Shown here: in pieces, positions 9,513 to 19,887 of the stretch | Position numbering within the stretch: the stretch's first letter is position 1 | Layout of the letters: each line of letters begins with the position of its first letter | Source of the DNA: Nitrospira sp. | GTDB lineage: Bacteria; Nitrospirota; Nitrospiria; Nitrospirales; Nitrospiraceae | NCBI GenBank assembly: GCA_047150005.1 | Contig: AP038806.1 | Span: forward strand, 448,001 to 512,000 | DNA: 64,000 nucleotides | Reading direction: 5' to 3' | Notes under the pieces: generated by a model | Databases searched by the model: none | Told to the model about the DNA's origin: nothing | Seen by the model: only the letters and a program-made list of their open reading frames with translations | Position numbers and translations under genes: made by a program

Positions 9513-10527
9513 AGCCTGATTCTCTGAGTCGTTTACCGTATTGCTCTTCATAATAGCGGCGGAACTCGCCCGACTTGATGGGACGCCACCAGGATTCATG
9601 CATCCGGTACCATTCGACAGTGGCCTTCAGCCCATCTTCGAACGAGACGGACGGCTGCCATCCGAGCCGGCGCAGCTTAGTGCAATCGACCGCATAACGC
9701 CGATCGTGTCCCGGACGGTCGCGGACGAATTGGATGAGCCGGGTCGGTTTGCCGAGGCAGGCCAGCAACCGCTCCGCGACGGTGATATTTTCCCGTTCGT
9801 TGCCGCCCCCGATATTGTAGATCTGCCCCGGCTCACCCCGGAGCAGTATATACTCGATCGCCGCGCAATGATCCTCGACCGCCAGCCAGTCCCGGCGCTG
9901 GCGCCCGTCCCCATATAACGGAAGCGGCTGGTCGTCGATCGCGTTGGTGACGAACAAGGGAATGAACTTCTCCGGATACTGGTTGGGTCCGTAGGTGTTG
10001 CTGCCGCGCGTCACCATCACCGGAAAGCCGAACGTCGTCCAGTAACTCATCACGAGCAGTTCCCCGCCGGCCTTGCTCGCGGAATAGGGGCTACGCGGAG
10101 CGAGCGGCGCCTCCTCCGTCGAGCTTCCGGTTTCGACGCTGCCGTAGACCTCGTCGGTGCTGACCTGCAGGAACCGGGAGATGCCGGCGCGCCTGGATTC
10201 CTCCAGCAACACACCGGTCCCGACGACGTCCGTGTGCGCAAAGGTCCCCGGATCCATGATCGACCGATCGACATGGGTCTCCGCGGCGGCATTGACGACG
10301 GCGTCGATCCGGTGCTCGCGCAAGACCCGCTCCACCAACGGCTGATCGGCAATATCGCCGTGCACAAATCGATGCCGCCGGTCTCCTTCGAGATCCTGCA
10401 GGTTGGCGAGGTTGCCGGAATACGTCAGCGCATCCACGTTGACGACCTCATGGCCGCCTCCCGTGATCAGGCGACGGACCAGATGCGATCCGATGAACCC
10501 GGCACCTCCGGTCACCAGGATTCGCAC
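9511..10527 (-). CDS. rfbB: dTDP-glucose 4,6-dehydratase
   Basis: GGAGFIGS, AAETHVDRS, STDEVYG, YSASKA and DRPGHDRRY motifs. GTG start at 10527 with GGAGGA RBS. Confidence 0.95.
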   Translation of the reverse strand: MRILVTGGAGFIGSHLVRRLITGGGHEVVNVDALTYSGNLANLQDLEGDRRHRFVHGDIADQPLVERVLREHRIDAVVNAAAETHVDRSIMDPGTFAHTDVVGTGVLLEESRRAGISRFLQVSTDEVYGSVETGSSTEEAPLAPRSPYSASKAGGELLVMSYWTTFGFPVMVTRGSNTYGPNQYPEKFIPLFVTNAIDDQPLPLYGDGRQRRDWLAVEDHCAAIEYILLRGEPGQIYNIGGGNERENITVAERLLACLGKPTRLIQFVRDRPGHDRRYAVDCTKLRRLGWQPSVSFEDGLKATVEWYRMHESWWRPIKSGEFRRYYEEQYGKRLRESG

Positions 10528-10570
10528 GACGATTCCTCCAGGATACTGATATATTTTGGATCCCTCCAAT

Positions 10571-10631
10571 GCATCTCTCTCTTATCCCTTCCCCTTTATC
10601 CCTCCCTTACCCCGTTACCCCGCTTATCTCT
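10571..10631. repeat. Degenerate heptamer tandem array (TTATCCC/TTACCCC)
   Basis: Pyrimidine-rich run ttatccc ttcccc tttatccc tccc ttacccc gttacccc gcttatctc between rfbA and rfbB. Confidence 0.6.
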
Positions 10632-11363
10632 CTACCCAATCTTATTGGCGCCCGTCCGGCTGACCAGCTGATGCGCATAGTGGAGCGATTCGATCGTGCC
10701 GGCATCCGTCCACCAGCCTTCAAGCAGGTTCCATGTCAGCGTGCCGGCTTGGATATACGCATTGTTCACATCCGTGATCTCCAATTCGCCGCGTCCCGAC
10801 GGCTTCAGCGTCTTGATGATGTCGAACACCTCGGCGTCGTAGAAGTAGATGCCCGTGACGGCATAGGGCGACGGGGGATTGACCGGCTTCTCCTCGATCC
10901 GAATGACATGCGTGCCTTGCAACACCGGCACACCGAATCGTTGAGGATCTTTCACCTCCTTTAACAGGATCTTCGCACCGTTCCGCTGCTCGCGAAACGC
11001 ACGCGCCGCGGCGGCAATGTTGCCCTCAATGATGTTGTCCCCGAGGATCACGCAAACCGGCTCCCCGTCGGCGAAGTGCTCCGCCAGCCAGAGCGCATCG
11101 GCGATGCCGCCCTCGCCTTCCTGATAGGTGTAGTTCAGCCGTTTGAGGCCGAACTCCTTGCCGTTGCCCAGGAGTTTCAAGAAATCGCCCGCGCTGTTGC
11201 CTCCGGTCACGAGCATGATCTCGTCGATGCCGGCGTTGGCGAGCGTTTGAATAGGATAGTAAATCATCGGCCGGTTGAACACCGGCAGCAGATGTTTGTT
11301 CGTGACCTTGGTCAGCGGCAACAATCTCGTCCCCAATCCTCCCGCCAGCACCACGCCTCTCAT
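10632..11363 (-). CDS. rfbA: Glucose-1-phosphate thymidylyltransferase (short form, RmlA/SpsI-like)
   Basis: LAGGLGTRLLPLT...KHLLP, EEKP and SGRGELEITD motifs. Confidence 0.88.
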   Translation of the reverse strand: MRGVVLAGGLGTRLLPLTKVTNKHLLPVFNRPMIYYPIQTLANAGIDEIMLVTGGNSAGDFLKLLGNGKEFGLKRLNYTYQEGEGGIADALWLAEHFADGEPVCVILGDNIIEGNIAAAARAFREQRNGAKILLKEVKDPQRFGVPVLQGTHVIRIEEKPVNPPSPYAVTGIYFYDAEVFDIIKTLKPSGRGELEITDVNNAYIQAGTLTWNLLEGWWTDAGTIESLHYAHQLVSRTGANKIG

Positions 11364-11490
11364 GATCCCTCCTTCATGTGAGACCGCATGAGCATCCCGC
11401 GCGACACTCCCGCTTGCAAACCCGTTCTCATGGATGGCGTACCGCCCTCGACCGGTTTACTTCGCCTCTCTCAATGGACGCGCCCGCGAG

Positions 11491-13398
11491 CTACGGGATG
11501 GGCTGGGGTTTCGGCGGAGCGAGCGGCCTGTAGGTCGGAACGGCCTCCTGCAGCGCCCGGATCACCGCTTCGTCGTCGCCATGGCCGACCGCCGCTTCCA
11601 ACCCCGCGACGAGCCGATCGACCTCGCCCTCCCCGCGCACGCGATCCTTCACGGCACGGCGGATCTTGACGTGTGCGGTCGCTTCGACCTGCTCTCCCTC
11701 TTCGAACAACTCCTCGAACAGCTTCTCGCCGGGACGAAGCCCGACGTAGGTGATGCGGACATCTTCCTCCGGAACGAGCCCGGACAACACGATCATGTTT
11801 CTCGCGAGATCAACCACCTTGATCTGCTCGCCCATGTCGAGCACGAACACGTCTCCACCCTGGCCGAGGACGCTGGCCTGCAGGACCAACTGCACCGCTT
11901 CCGGAATCGTCATGAAGAAACGGGTAATGTCCGGATGCGTCACAGTGACCGGGCCCCCCGCGCGAATCTGTTCGGCGAACAAGGGGACTACGCTGCCGTT
12001 GCTCCCGAGGACGTTTCCGAATCGCACGACGGTGAATTTCGCCGCCGCCCCGAGATTCAACCGCTGGATCAGATCTTCCGCCACCCGCTTGGACGCCCCC
12101 ATCACACTCGTCGGGTTCACAGCCTTGTCCGTCGAAATCAGCACAAACCGTTCCACACCGGCTTGCAACGACGCTTCCGCCACAGTCCTGGTCCCCAGCA
12201 CGTTGTTGCGGACGGCCTCCTTGGGATTCATTTCCATGAGAGGGACATGCTTGTGCGCCGCCGCATGAAACACCAGCTCAGGCCGGGTCTGTCCCATAAC
12301 GTCCGCCACCCGTTCCGGCAGAGTGACGTCGCCCACAGTGGAGACGATCTTGACCCGTGGAAACCGTACCCGGAGCTCGAGATCCAGCGCATGCAGGCTG
12401 TTCTCGTACCGCTCGAACAGCACCAGCGACGACGGCCGATAATGCGCGATCTGCCGGCACAATTCGGAGCCGATCGAACCGCCCGCCCCGGTGACCAGCA
12501 CCCGTCTTCCTTCCAAGAGCGGATGCAATTCCTCCCGGTCGGTCTGCACCGGCTCTCGCTGCAGCAAGTCTTCCAGGCTCATCGGACGAACTTGCCTGAA
12601 GGCGGCTGGATCCGCGAGCAGCTGCTTGACGCTCGGCAGGATCTTGATGGGAACCTTGCAGCCTTCGGCCGCGGCCAAAATTTTTTGCTTCAGCGCGTTC
12701 GACGCCGAGGGGATTGCCACGATGATTTCATGGACCACCAGCCGCCTGGAGACCTCCGGGATGTCTTCGATCCGGCCGGCCACCGAAATGCCGTGAATTT
12801 TCATCCGCTGTTTCACCGGATCGTCGTCGATCAACCCCACCGGACGGTAATGGTAGCGGCCGTCGCTCAACATGTCCCGCACCAGGAGTTCACTCGCGTT
12901 GCCGGCACCGACGACGAGGACTCGCCTGGTCATCGGGCTCCAGACCTGAACCCATTCGCGGAACCACCGCACCGCCAGCCGGATCCCCGCCAGATACAGG
13001 CCGCTCAGCAACCCCGTGAGGATGAGCACCGAGCGCGGATACTCCACCCATCCGAAGAGACCGTGCAGCACCGCATACGAACCCGCGGCCCCGGCGACCG
13101 ACGCCCAGAGGATGCGTCCGAGGTCGTGCAGTCCCACATACCGCCACAGACCATGTTGAATACCGAAGACGAACAGCCCCAGCCAATACACTGCCACAAT
13201 GACGGGCAAGCCACGGAGCAGCAGTGCGCCGTAGAAGGGGGAAATTTCTCCGTCGAAGCGGAGCGCGAAGGCCGTGACGTTCGCCGCGACGACGAGGCCC
13301 GCCTGGCTCAGCACGACGATCACCGACCGATAGCGGAGCAGCGCGTCCCCGTAGCGGCCGAGAAGATGTTGAAAGATTCTGACGACGGTCAGGCGCAT
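11491..13398 (-). CDS. Membrane-bound UDP-GlcNAc 4,6-dehydratase (CapD/WbpM/PglF family)
   Basis: Four TM segments, then GAGGSIGSEL, HAAAHKHVP, STDKAVNP, RFGNVLGSNGSVVP and GLRPGEKL. Confidence 0.93.
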   Translation of the reverse strand: MRLTVVRIFQHLLGRYGDALLRYRSVIVVLSQAGLVVAANVTAFALRFDGEISPFYGALLLRGLPVIVAVYWLGLFVFGIQHGLWRYVGLHDLGRILWASVAGAAGSYAVLHGLFGWVEYPRSVLILTGLLSGLYLAGIRLAVRWFREWVQVWSPMTRRVLVVGAGNASELLVRDMLSDGRYHYRPVGLIDDDPVKQRMKIHGISVAGRIEDIPEVSRRLVVHEIIVAIPSASNALKQKILAAAEGCKVPIKILPSVKQLLADPAAFRQVRPMSLEDLLQREPVQTDREELHPLLEGRRVLVTGAGGSIGSELCRQIAHYRPSSLVLFERYENSLHALDLELRVRFPRVKIVSTVGDVTLPERVADVMGQTRPELVFHAAAHKHVPLMEMNPKEAVRNNVLGTRTVAEASLQAGVERFVLISTDKAVNPTSVMGASKRVAEDLIQRLNLGAAAKFTVVRFGNVLGSNGSVVPLFAEQIRAGGPVTVTHPDITRFFMTIPEAVQLVLQASVLGQGGDVFVLDMGEQIKVVDLARNMIVLSGLVPEEDVRITYVGLRPGEKLFEELFEEGEQVEATAHVKIRRAVKDRVRGEGEVDRLVAGLEAAVGHGDDEAVIRALQEAVPTYRPLAPPKPQPIP

Positions 13399-13403
13399 AG
13401 AAA

Positions 13404-14696
13404 TCAGCTCGAAACGGCTGCGTCTCCGTGATCGCCGCACGAAGGCAGAGCAAGGATGCTCATGCCCACCAACACCCAGAAGAAGACCGCCAGAGTCCCG
13501 ACCAACATTTGATCAAATTGCAGGCGCACGAACAACCCGATCATACTCCCGACCGTGCCTGCCAGCACTAATCTCGAGAATTTGTCCGTCGCCCTTCGAT
13601 AGCCGTTCATGGTCGTGCGTACCAACGACACATAGAATCCGAGAAACAGCGCCATTCCTGCCACGCCCACATGAAGCGCCAGGTACAACAAGATGTTGTG
13701 GGCGCCTTGGGCCTTCACGGCCGCATGTCCGGGAACGACCGTTTCTGCATCGTCTCCGTACAGCATCGAATACGTTTGTCCTCCGTACCCCACGCCGACG
13801 AGCCAGTGCTCGCCGATCTCCGACAAGGTGAATTTCCAGATATCGAATCGATGGACGATGGACGCCAGGCCGGTCTTGACCGGAATGGAACTCTGGACTG
13901 CCGGTTGCTGCCCCGCCGGAACCGGTGACTTGAGCCAGACGGCCAGAAGCACGACGAGCACCAAGCCGAACGTCACCGCACCGGCCGTCCATTTGGCCAA
14001 CACAGTCCGCATGACCCAGGCCATCACGGCCAGCTCGGTCACAAGCGCGATCAGTCCGGCCCTGGATTGGGTGCTCAGCAGACAGGCGGCAGTCGTCGCC
14101 GACAGGATCATCCCTACCCCCTTGACCCGGTTGGAATGATCGCCGTAGGCGGCAGCCAGCGCATACGGCAGGGTCATGACGAGAAACGTCGTCAGCCAGA
14201 CCTCGGCTGGAAATGAGGAAATGACCGCCTGCGAATTGGCGGGGTTGAATTGCGTCAGGCCGTACGCTGACACGAGGAACAGCGACGTACCCAATATGAG
14301 GAGCAGCACCTTCCTGCTTCGCGCGTCCGCCAAGAACCATACCACGGCATAGAGCACGGTCATCCCCTGGAGCAATTTGCCGTACTCCTTGAAACTGTAT
14401 GAAGGAAACGCCGCGAACGGAATCGTGATCCCCACCCACAGGACGAACGAGAGGAGCCACAGGTCGTACGGCGTCTTCTTATAGAAGAACCGCCTCCTGG
14501 CCAGGCACCACACGACCAGCAGGCCGAGCAGCACGAGATATCCGTGCCGTTCCACGACCAGCAGCTTCTTGAACGGCAACGTGGCCACGTAGACCAACAA
14601 GACAAGCCGGATCGTCGCATCGAAATACCAGGACAACGTGGCGAGCCACGGCGGCGACGAATCGCGAAGCTCCTCCGTCACGTCATGCGCTCCCAT
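13404..14696 (-). CDS. O-antigen ligase (WaaL/Wzy_C) family membrane protein
   Basis: About 11 TM segments; TQSRAG, R.DIW, GVGYG and AHNILL motifs. Confidence 0.85.
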   Translation of the reverse strand: MGAHDVTEELRDSSPPWLATLSWYFDATIRLVLLVYVATLPFKKLLVVERHGYLVLLGLLVVWCLARRRFFYKKTPYDLWLLSFVLWVGITIPFAAFPSYSFKEYGKLLQGMTVLYAVVWFLADARSRKVLLLILGTSLFLVSAYGLTQFNPANSQAVISSFPAEVWLTTFLVMTLPYALAAAYGDHSNRVKGVGMILSATTAACLLSTQSRAGLIALVTELAVMAWVMRTVLAKWTAGAVTFGLVLVVLLAVWLKSPVPAGQQPAVQSSIPVKTGLASIVHRFDIWKFTLSEIGEHWLVGVGYGGQTYSMLYGDDAETVVPGHAAVKAQGAHNILLYLALHVGVAGMALFLGFYVSLVRTTMNGYRRATDKFSRLVLAGTVGSMIGLFVRLQFDQMLVGTLAVFFWVLVGMSILALPSCGDHGDAAVSS

Positions 14697-15750
14697 GATC
14701 CGAACGCGATTCCCTCCGGTGGACCGCCCAAGCCAGACCGGCGAAGACCGCCGCCCAGGCAAGCAGGATCGCCACCCGCCACCGATCGGTCGCGCTCCGA
14801 TACGCAATCGCCAATCCTCCGCACCAGAGCATGAGCCCATACTCCGCAAGCACCGACCGCCGGTGGCTCCAACCGGAGAGCACCAATCGTTGATAATAAT
14901 GCTCCCGGTGTCCCTCCCAAATGCGCGCGCCGCGCCAGGCGCGGCGCAATACGGTCACCGTCGCGTCGAGGATGAACGGAGAAAAGATCAAGAGCGGCAC
15001 CCAGATGTCGAAGAGCCGGTCCCGCACGCCGAGCAGCATGAGAGCCCCCGCGGTAAAACCTAATGGAATACTTCCGACATCTCCCATAAAGATACGGGCC
15101 GGCGGAAAATTATGAACAAGAAACCCTGCCGCGCTCGCCGCCACGATCGACGTCGCGAGCAGCATGAACGGATGCCCGGCCTTCCAGCCGAAGAAGGCCA
15201 GAAATCCGAACCCGATGGCGGTCATGCCGCCCGCAAACCCATCCATCCCGTCCATGAAGTTGTAGAGATTGGTCATCCAAAGCAAAAACAGGACGCTGAT
15301 CGGCGCGGCGAACCAGCCCAGAGTCATGGTACCGACGCCGGGGATCGGCATGGACGAGAGTCTCAGCCCGACACCCCAGACGACGATCGCCGCCGCCACC
15401 GCCTGCGCCCCGAAGCGGACCCACACCGGCAACCCGCCGCGATCGTCCAGAAAGGACACGACGGTGACGAGGGCGATCGACCCGAGGATCCATAGGCTGG
15501 CGGATGCAAATCCCTTCGGGAGAAATCCCTTCGACTGGGGGATCACGGCGTAGGCGATCGCGGCTAGCCCCATCCCGATCAGGATGCTGGCCAGAATGGC
15601 GATGCCCCCGGAGCGGGGCGTCGGCGCGCTGTGCAGGGACCGTTCGTTTGGATGATCCAGCGAACGAAAAAACGACGCCTCATGCGCCAAACGGCCGGTG
15701 ATCCACCATGCCAACGTGCCCACGACCGCGGAAACCAAGAACCCCATCAT
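14683..15750 (-). CDS. WecA/WbpL-like polyprenyl-phosphate HexNAc-1-phosphate transferase (MraY family)
   Basis: PNERSLH..PTPRSGG, LDD, NFMDGMDG, IFMGDVGS and HREHYYQ motifs. Confidence 0.92.
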   Translation of the reverse strand: MMGFLVSAVVGTLAWWITGRLAHEASFFRSLDHPNERSLHSAPTPRSGGIAILASILIGMGLAAIAYAVIPQSKGFLPKGFASASLWILGSIALVTVVSFLDDRGGLPVWVRFGAQAVAAAIVVWGVGLRLSSMPIPGVGTMTLGWFAAPISVLFLLWMTNLYNFMDGMDGFAGGMTAIGFGFLAFFGWKAGHPFMLLATSIVAASAAGFLVHNFPPARIFMGDVGSIPLGFTAGALMLLGVRDRLFDIWVPLLIFSPFILDATVTVLRRAWRGARIWEGHREHYYQRLVLSGWSHRRSVLAEYGLMLWCGGLAIAYRSATDRWRVAILLAWAAVFAGLAWAVHRRESRSDHGSA

Positions 15751-16733
15751 GACCGTGACTGCCGATAATGCCGAACGAGATCCGGGACCGCCGCATCGAA
15801 CCTGTCGAACGGCCGGTATCCGGCCTCCCGCATGAGCGCGTCAGGACTATACCAGGCCTGCCCGATGAGTTTCACAAGCGTCGCGGACGTCAGCGGCATC
15901 GGCCGTCTCACACACAACTGGAGCAGATCGCCGCAGGCGCCCGCGAAGGTCAGGAGCGGGAGCGGGACGCGCCAAGACGGAGGCGGAAGACCGAGTCCAC
16001 GCCGCAGCAGATCGTAGATGTCAGTCACGGAGTAAGGGGCCTCGTCCGTCACGACGTAGCAGGGCCGGGCCACCTCCCTGGGCTGCAGCAGTGCACGCAC
16101 GGCGAGCACGAAATTCTTCACGCTGAGCAGGCTGCGGAGTGCCCGTACCCGAGGGAGCGGAGGAAACCGGCCGCGATTGATCGCGTCGATCATGCGATAG
16201 AGATTCCCCTTGGCAGTCCGGCCATAGACGAGGGGCAGGCGCAGCGATACCGTGGCAAAGCGTCCCGGCATGGCGGAGGCCGCCACCGCCTGTTCGGCTT
16301 CCCATTTGGAGCGCGCATACGGGGTTTGCGGATCGGGAGCCGTCCTCTCATCGGCGCAGCCGGCGGTCGTTTCTCCGAAGACCTTCACCGAGCTTGCGAA
16401 GAGAAACCGAGAGACGCCGCCCGCGACGGCCGCGTCCAACAGATGCCTGGTGCCGTCGACGTTGACCGACCGGTAATCCGCTTCCGTCAAGGACTTGTCA
16501 TCCGCCGCATGAACCAAGCCGGCCAGATGCACGACGGCGTCGCACCCGCGCGCCGCCTCTCCGGCGCAACGCGGATCGCGAACGTCACCAACAATGGTGT
16601 CGGCGCCGGGAACATCCTCCGCGAGCGCCGGCCGCCGAATGAGCGCCCGGACGCGATGACCGGACCGTACCAGGTCTTCGGTGAGCGCGCGTCCGAGAAA
16701 TCCTCCCGCCCCCGTCACGAGCACCTGCGTCAT
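15747..16733 (-). CDS. NAD-dependent epimerase/reductase (WbpV/WbpK-like)
   Basis: GAGGFLG, SSVKV, YARSK and LRLPLVYG motifs. Confidence 0.85.
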   Translation of the reverse strand: MTQVLVTGAGGFLGRALTEDLVRSGHRVRALIRRPALAEDVPGADTIVGDVRDPRCAGEAARGCDAVVHLAGLVHAADDKSLTEADYRSVNVDGTRHLLDAAVAGGVSRFLFASSVKVFGETTAGCADERTAPDPQTPYARSKWEAEQAVAASAMPGRFATVSLRLPLVYGRTAKGNLYRMIDAINRGRFPPLPRVRALRSLLSVKNFVLAVRALLQPREVARPCYVVTDEAPYSVTDIYDLLRRGLGLPPPSWRVPLPLLTFAGACGDLLQLCVRRPMPLTSATLVKLIGQAWYSPDALMREAGYRPFDRFDAAVPDLVRHYRQSRS

Positions 16734-17881
16734 GACACTGCCGCCGGCTTTCCGGCCAATAACTCCCGATACAGCCGGATCACCTGCCTCGTCACAGTTT
16801 CGACCGAGAACGACCGCACGACCAACTCGCGGGCCGCAACTCCCATGGCGGTCCGCAGCGAAGGATCATCGAGCAGCGAATGGATCGCCGCAGCCAGTGC
16901 CGCCGAGTCTTTTGGAGGCACGAGCAGACCCGTCACTCCGTGGACGAGAATTTCCCGGCAACCCGGTACGTCCGTCGTCACCATTGGCTTCCCGCAAGCC
17001 GCAGCCTCCAGGAGACTCTTCGGAAGGCCTTCCCGGTAGGAAGGCAGCACCGCGATCGTCGCGAGCGCCAGGACGGCGGACATGTCTTCCCGGTGTCCCC
17101 ACCACTCGACCAGGCCTTCCGCGACCCAGCTTCGAACCGTTTCTTCGGGAATGGCGGCGGGATTGTGTTCGTCGCAGCGGCCGACCAACACGAAGCGCGC
17201 CGAGACGCCTTCACGCGCGAGGCGGCGCGCCGCCTCGATGAACTCTCCGATTCCCTTGTCCCACAACATCCGTGACGCCAGCATGACGATCGGTCCTTCG
17301 CCGGACGGAGGACGCAGCGTGAAGGTCGAAACGTCCACCCCCGATCCCGGGATGATCCGGCTCTGTTCCTGCGTCACGACGCGCTCCTTGATGAGCCGAT
17401 CCCGATCGTCGCGATTCTGAAAGATCACGGTCGAACGGACGGATGCCAACACCAGACGCAACGCCCGCCCCAGCGTCCTGTTCAACAGCCTGCCTTGCCT
17501 GGCCTCGTCCGTGAACAGATAGCCCAATCCTGCAAAGGCATTCACGACGGTCGGCACCGCGGCGAGCCGCGCGGCGACCGATCCGTACAGAATCGGCTTC
17601 AGTCCCACGTGATGGACGATGGCCGGCCGCTCGCGCCGGTAGAGCCTCGTCAACTCCGCCAGGGCCGCGAGTTCAGCGAGAGGATTTCTGCTGCGCCTGG
17701 ACAATCGGATGGGAAACAGCCGGAACCCTTCCTTCAGGATCCTCGTCTCGTGATCGGTCACGCGGGTCGCCAGGGCAACGTCGAACCCGGCCGCGACCGC
17801 CGCGCGGGCGAGGTCCAGCCGGTGAGACCAGAAATACCAGTCCTCAGTGATGAGATACAGCAGCCGCGGACGAGCGTTCAT
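16730..17881 (-). CDS. Glycosyltransferase family 4 (CapM/PglA-like)
   Basis: FWSHRL.LA, RMLWDKGI.E and PSYREGLPKSLLEA motifs. Confidence 0.92.
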   Translation of the reverse strand: MNARPRLLYLITEDWYFWSHRLDLARAAVAAGFDVALATRVTDHETRILKEGFRLFPIRLSRRSRNPLAELAALAELTRLYRRERPAIVHHVGLKPILYGSVAARLAAVPTVVNAFAGLGYLFTDEARQGRLLNRTLGRALRLVLASVRSTVIFQNRDDRDRLIKERVVTQEQSRIIPGSGVDVSTFTLRPPSGEGPIVMLASRMLWDKGIGEFIEAARRLAREGVSARFVLVGRCDEHNPAAIPEETVRSWVAEGLVEWWGHREDMSAVLALATIAVLPSYREGLPKSLLEAAACGKPMVTTDVPGCREILVHGVTGLLVPPKDSAALAAAIHSLLDDPSLRTAMGVAARELVVRSFSVETVTRQVIRLYRELLAGKPAAVS

Positions 17882-19850
17882 GTGCGCTGAGCCACGCTTG
17901 AAACATCAGCACATTCCAGAGCTGATATTGCCAATTGCGCCGTCCCGAAAGATGCTCGGCCCATTTTTCTCGAATCGGAGCAGGATGGAGAAATCCTTCC
18001 CTGCGGAGCCGGCGTTCGTCCAGCAAGTCTTCCGCCCACTCACGCAACGGACCTCTCAACCAATGATCGATCGGCACGCCGAATCCCATCTTGGGGCGAT
18101 CGAGCAATGTCTTTGGGACGTATCGATAGAGAACTTGGCGCAACAGCCATTTTCCTTCCCCTTCCTGTTTGATCTTCATGGATAAGGGAATCCGGGAGGC
18201 GAACTCCACTACGCGATGGTCGAGCAATGGCACTCGCGCTTCGAGGCTCACGGCCATGCTCGCGCGATCGACCTTTGTCAGAATATCGTCTGGTAGATAG
18301 GTGACGAGATCAAGGAACATCATGCGCAGGGTGAAATCGTCCAATCGGGCCCATAGATTCCGATCGGTCAACGTGGTGGCCGGTTCGCACGATCCGGCCA
18401 CCACTTGCGCCGGATCCAGCCATTGAGAGACCAACCCCAGATACATGGCATCCGGATCATGAGACGCCAGGATCTGAGCAAGCTTGTGCAACTTGTCTCC
18501 GGGGTTGGACATCGCCGGCGCGATCGGCCTTAAACGGGCGAAGATCCGGTTCCAGGTCTCTGGAGAAAGTCCACGAATTGCGCCGATCATGGCGTAGCGG
18601 ACCGGCCTAGAGATCCAACGGATATTGTTCCAGAGGCGGCGGCCGACGAAATACCGGTTGTACCCCCCAAACAGCTCGTCACCGCCGTCTCCGGACAGGA
18701 CGACCGTGACGTGTTTCCTGGCGAGTTGCGATACCAGAAACGTCGGGATTTGCGACGAGTCGCCGAACGGTTCGTCGTACATCTCCGGAATCCGTGGAAT
18801 GACCGCCATGGCTTGCCCTGCGGTCAGATAGAGTTCCGTATGATCGGTGCAGAGATGCCGCGCCACCAATTTGGCGTGGGCAGCTTCGTTGTACTCCTCT
18901 TCCTGAAACCCGATCGTAAACGTCTTCACCGGGTTCGTACTTTGGGATTGCATGAGAGCCACTACAACGGAAGAATCGATCCCACCGGATAGAAATGCGC
19001 CGAGAGGAACATCGGATATCATTCTGAGGCGAATCGCTTCACGAAGCAGGTGCTCGAGTTGAGTCCGCGCTTCTGCATCGGAACATGAAAGGGGATGCCG
19101 AGAACCGGCTTCAGCAACTTCTCGGACGTCCCAATACCGGACGGGCCGGACTACGGCGTCCCGCCGGTCCGGTTCCGGACTAAACGCCTCGCATGCCGAG
19201 ATATGATCCCGCCCGACGGACAGAATACATCCGGCCGGCAGCTTGTAGACCTGTTCATAAATCGAGAGGGGGGCCGGCACGTACCCGGTCCGAACATACG
19301 ACACGAGCGCCGCACGATTGACCGCGGAACGGAAACTCGGAACCTGCCTGAACACTTTCAATTCCGACCCGAACGCGAACGAATCGTTCATCCAACCATA
19401 GAAGAGCGGCTTGATGCCGAGCCGATCCCGTACAAGATGGAGCACACGGCTTTCACGATCCCACAAGGCGAATGCAAACATTCCGACGAATTGACGAACC
19501 GCTTTCTCGATGCCCCAGGCTTCAAATGCCGCCAGCATGACTTCGGTGTCGGAGTGGCCTCGGAACCTGGCACCGGCCCCTTCCAAGGTGGCCCGCAACT
19601 CGGAAAAGTTGTAGACCTCTCCGTTGTAGGACATGACGTACCGTCCGCTGGCCGAGGTCATGGGCTGACGCCCTTCAGGAGAAAGATCCAGTATTGAGAG
19701 TCTCGCATGGCCTAAGGCGATTCCAGCGTCCCGGTCAATCCACTGCCCTGAGTCATCGGGTCCGCGGTAGCGAATAGACTCGATCATCGATGAGACCAGG
19801 GGGCCAAGATCGAAGCGTTCTCCGCCAAGTACTCCTGCTATCCCGCACAT
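17844..19850 (-). CDS. asnB: Asparagine synthase (glutamine-hydrolysing)-like amidotransferase, glycan-cluster type
   Basis: MCGIAG, RGPD, LSGGIDSS, SGDGGDE and KVDRASM motifs. Confidence 0.92.
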   Translation of the reverse strand: MCGIAGVLGGERFDLGPLVSSMIESIRYRGPDDSGQWIDRDAGIALGHARLSILDLSPEGRQPMTSASGRYVMSYNGEVYNFSELRATLEGAGARFRGHSDTEVMLAAFEAWGIEKAVRQFVGMFAFALWDRESRVLHLVRDRLGIKPLFYGWMNDSFAFGSELKVFRQVPSFRSAVNRAALVSYVRTGYVPAPLSIYEQVYKLPAGCILSVGRDHISACEAFSPEPDRRDAVVRPVRYWDVREVAEAGSRHPLSCSDAEARTQLEHLLREAIRLRMISDVPLGAFLSGGIDSSVVVALMQSQSTNPVKTFTIGFQEEEYNEAAHAKLVARHLCTDHTELYLTAGQAMAVIPRIPEMYDEPFGDSSQIPTFLVSQLARKHVTVVLSGDGGDELFGGYNRYFVGRRLWNNIRWISRPVRYAMIGAIRGLSPETWNRIFARLRPIAPAMSNPGDKLHKLAQILASHDPDAMYLGLVSQWLDPAQVVAGSCEPATTLTDRNLWARLDDFTLRMMFLDLVTYLPDDILTKVDRASMAVSLEARVPLLDHRVVEFASRIPLSMKIKQEGEGKWLLRQVLYRYVPKTLLDRPKMGFGVPIDHWLRGPLREWAEDLLDERRLRREGFLHPAPIREKWAEHLSGRRNWQYQLWNVLMFQAWLSAHERSSAAAVSHH

Positions 19851-19887
19851 GGTCGATCCATCGGAGCAGCAATTGGATGTTGAACCG

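Noticed and set aside
9445..10631. Short repeats as a CRISPR array
   Set aside because: No repeat-spacer periodicity and no cas genes.
11439..11446. ops-like GGCGGTAC upstream of rfbA
   Set aside because: Mismatch to GGCGGTAGnnTG and expected by chance at this GC content.
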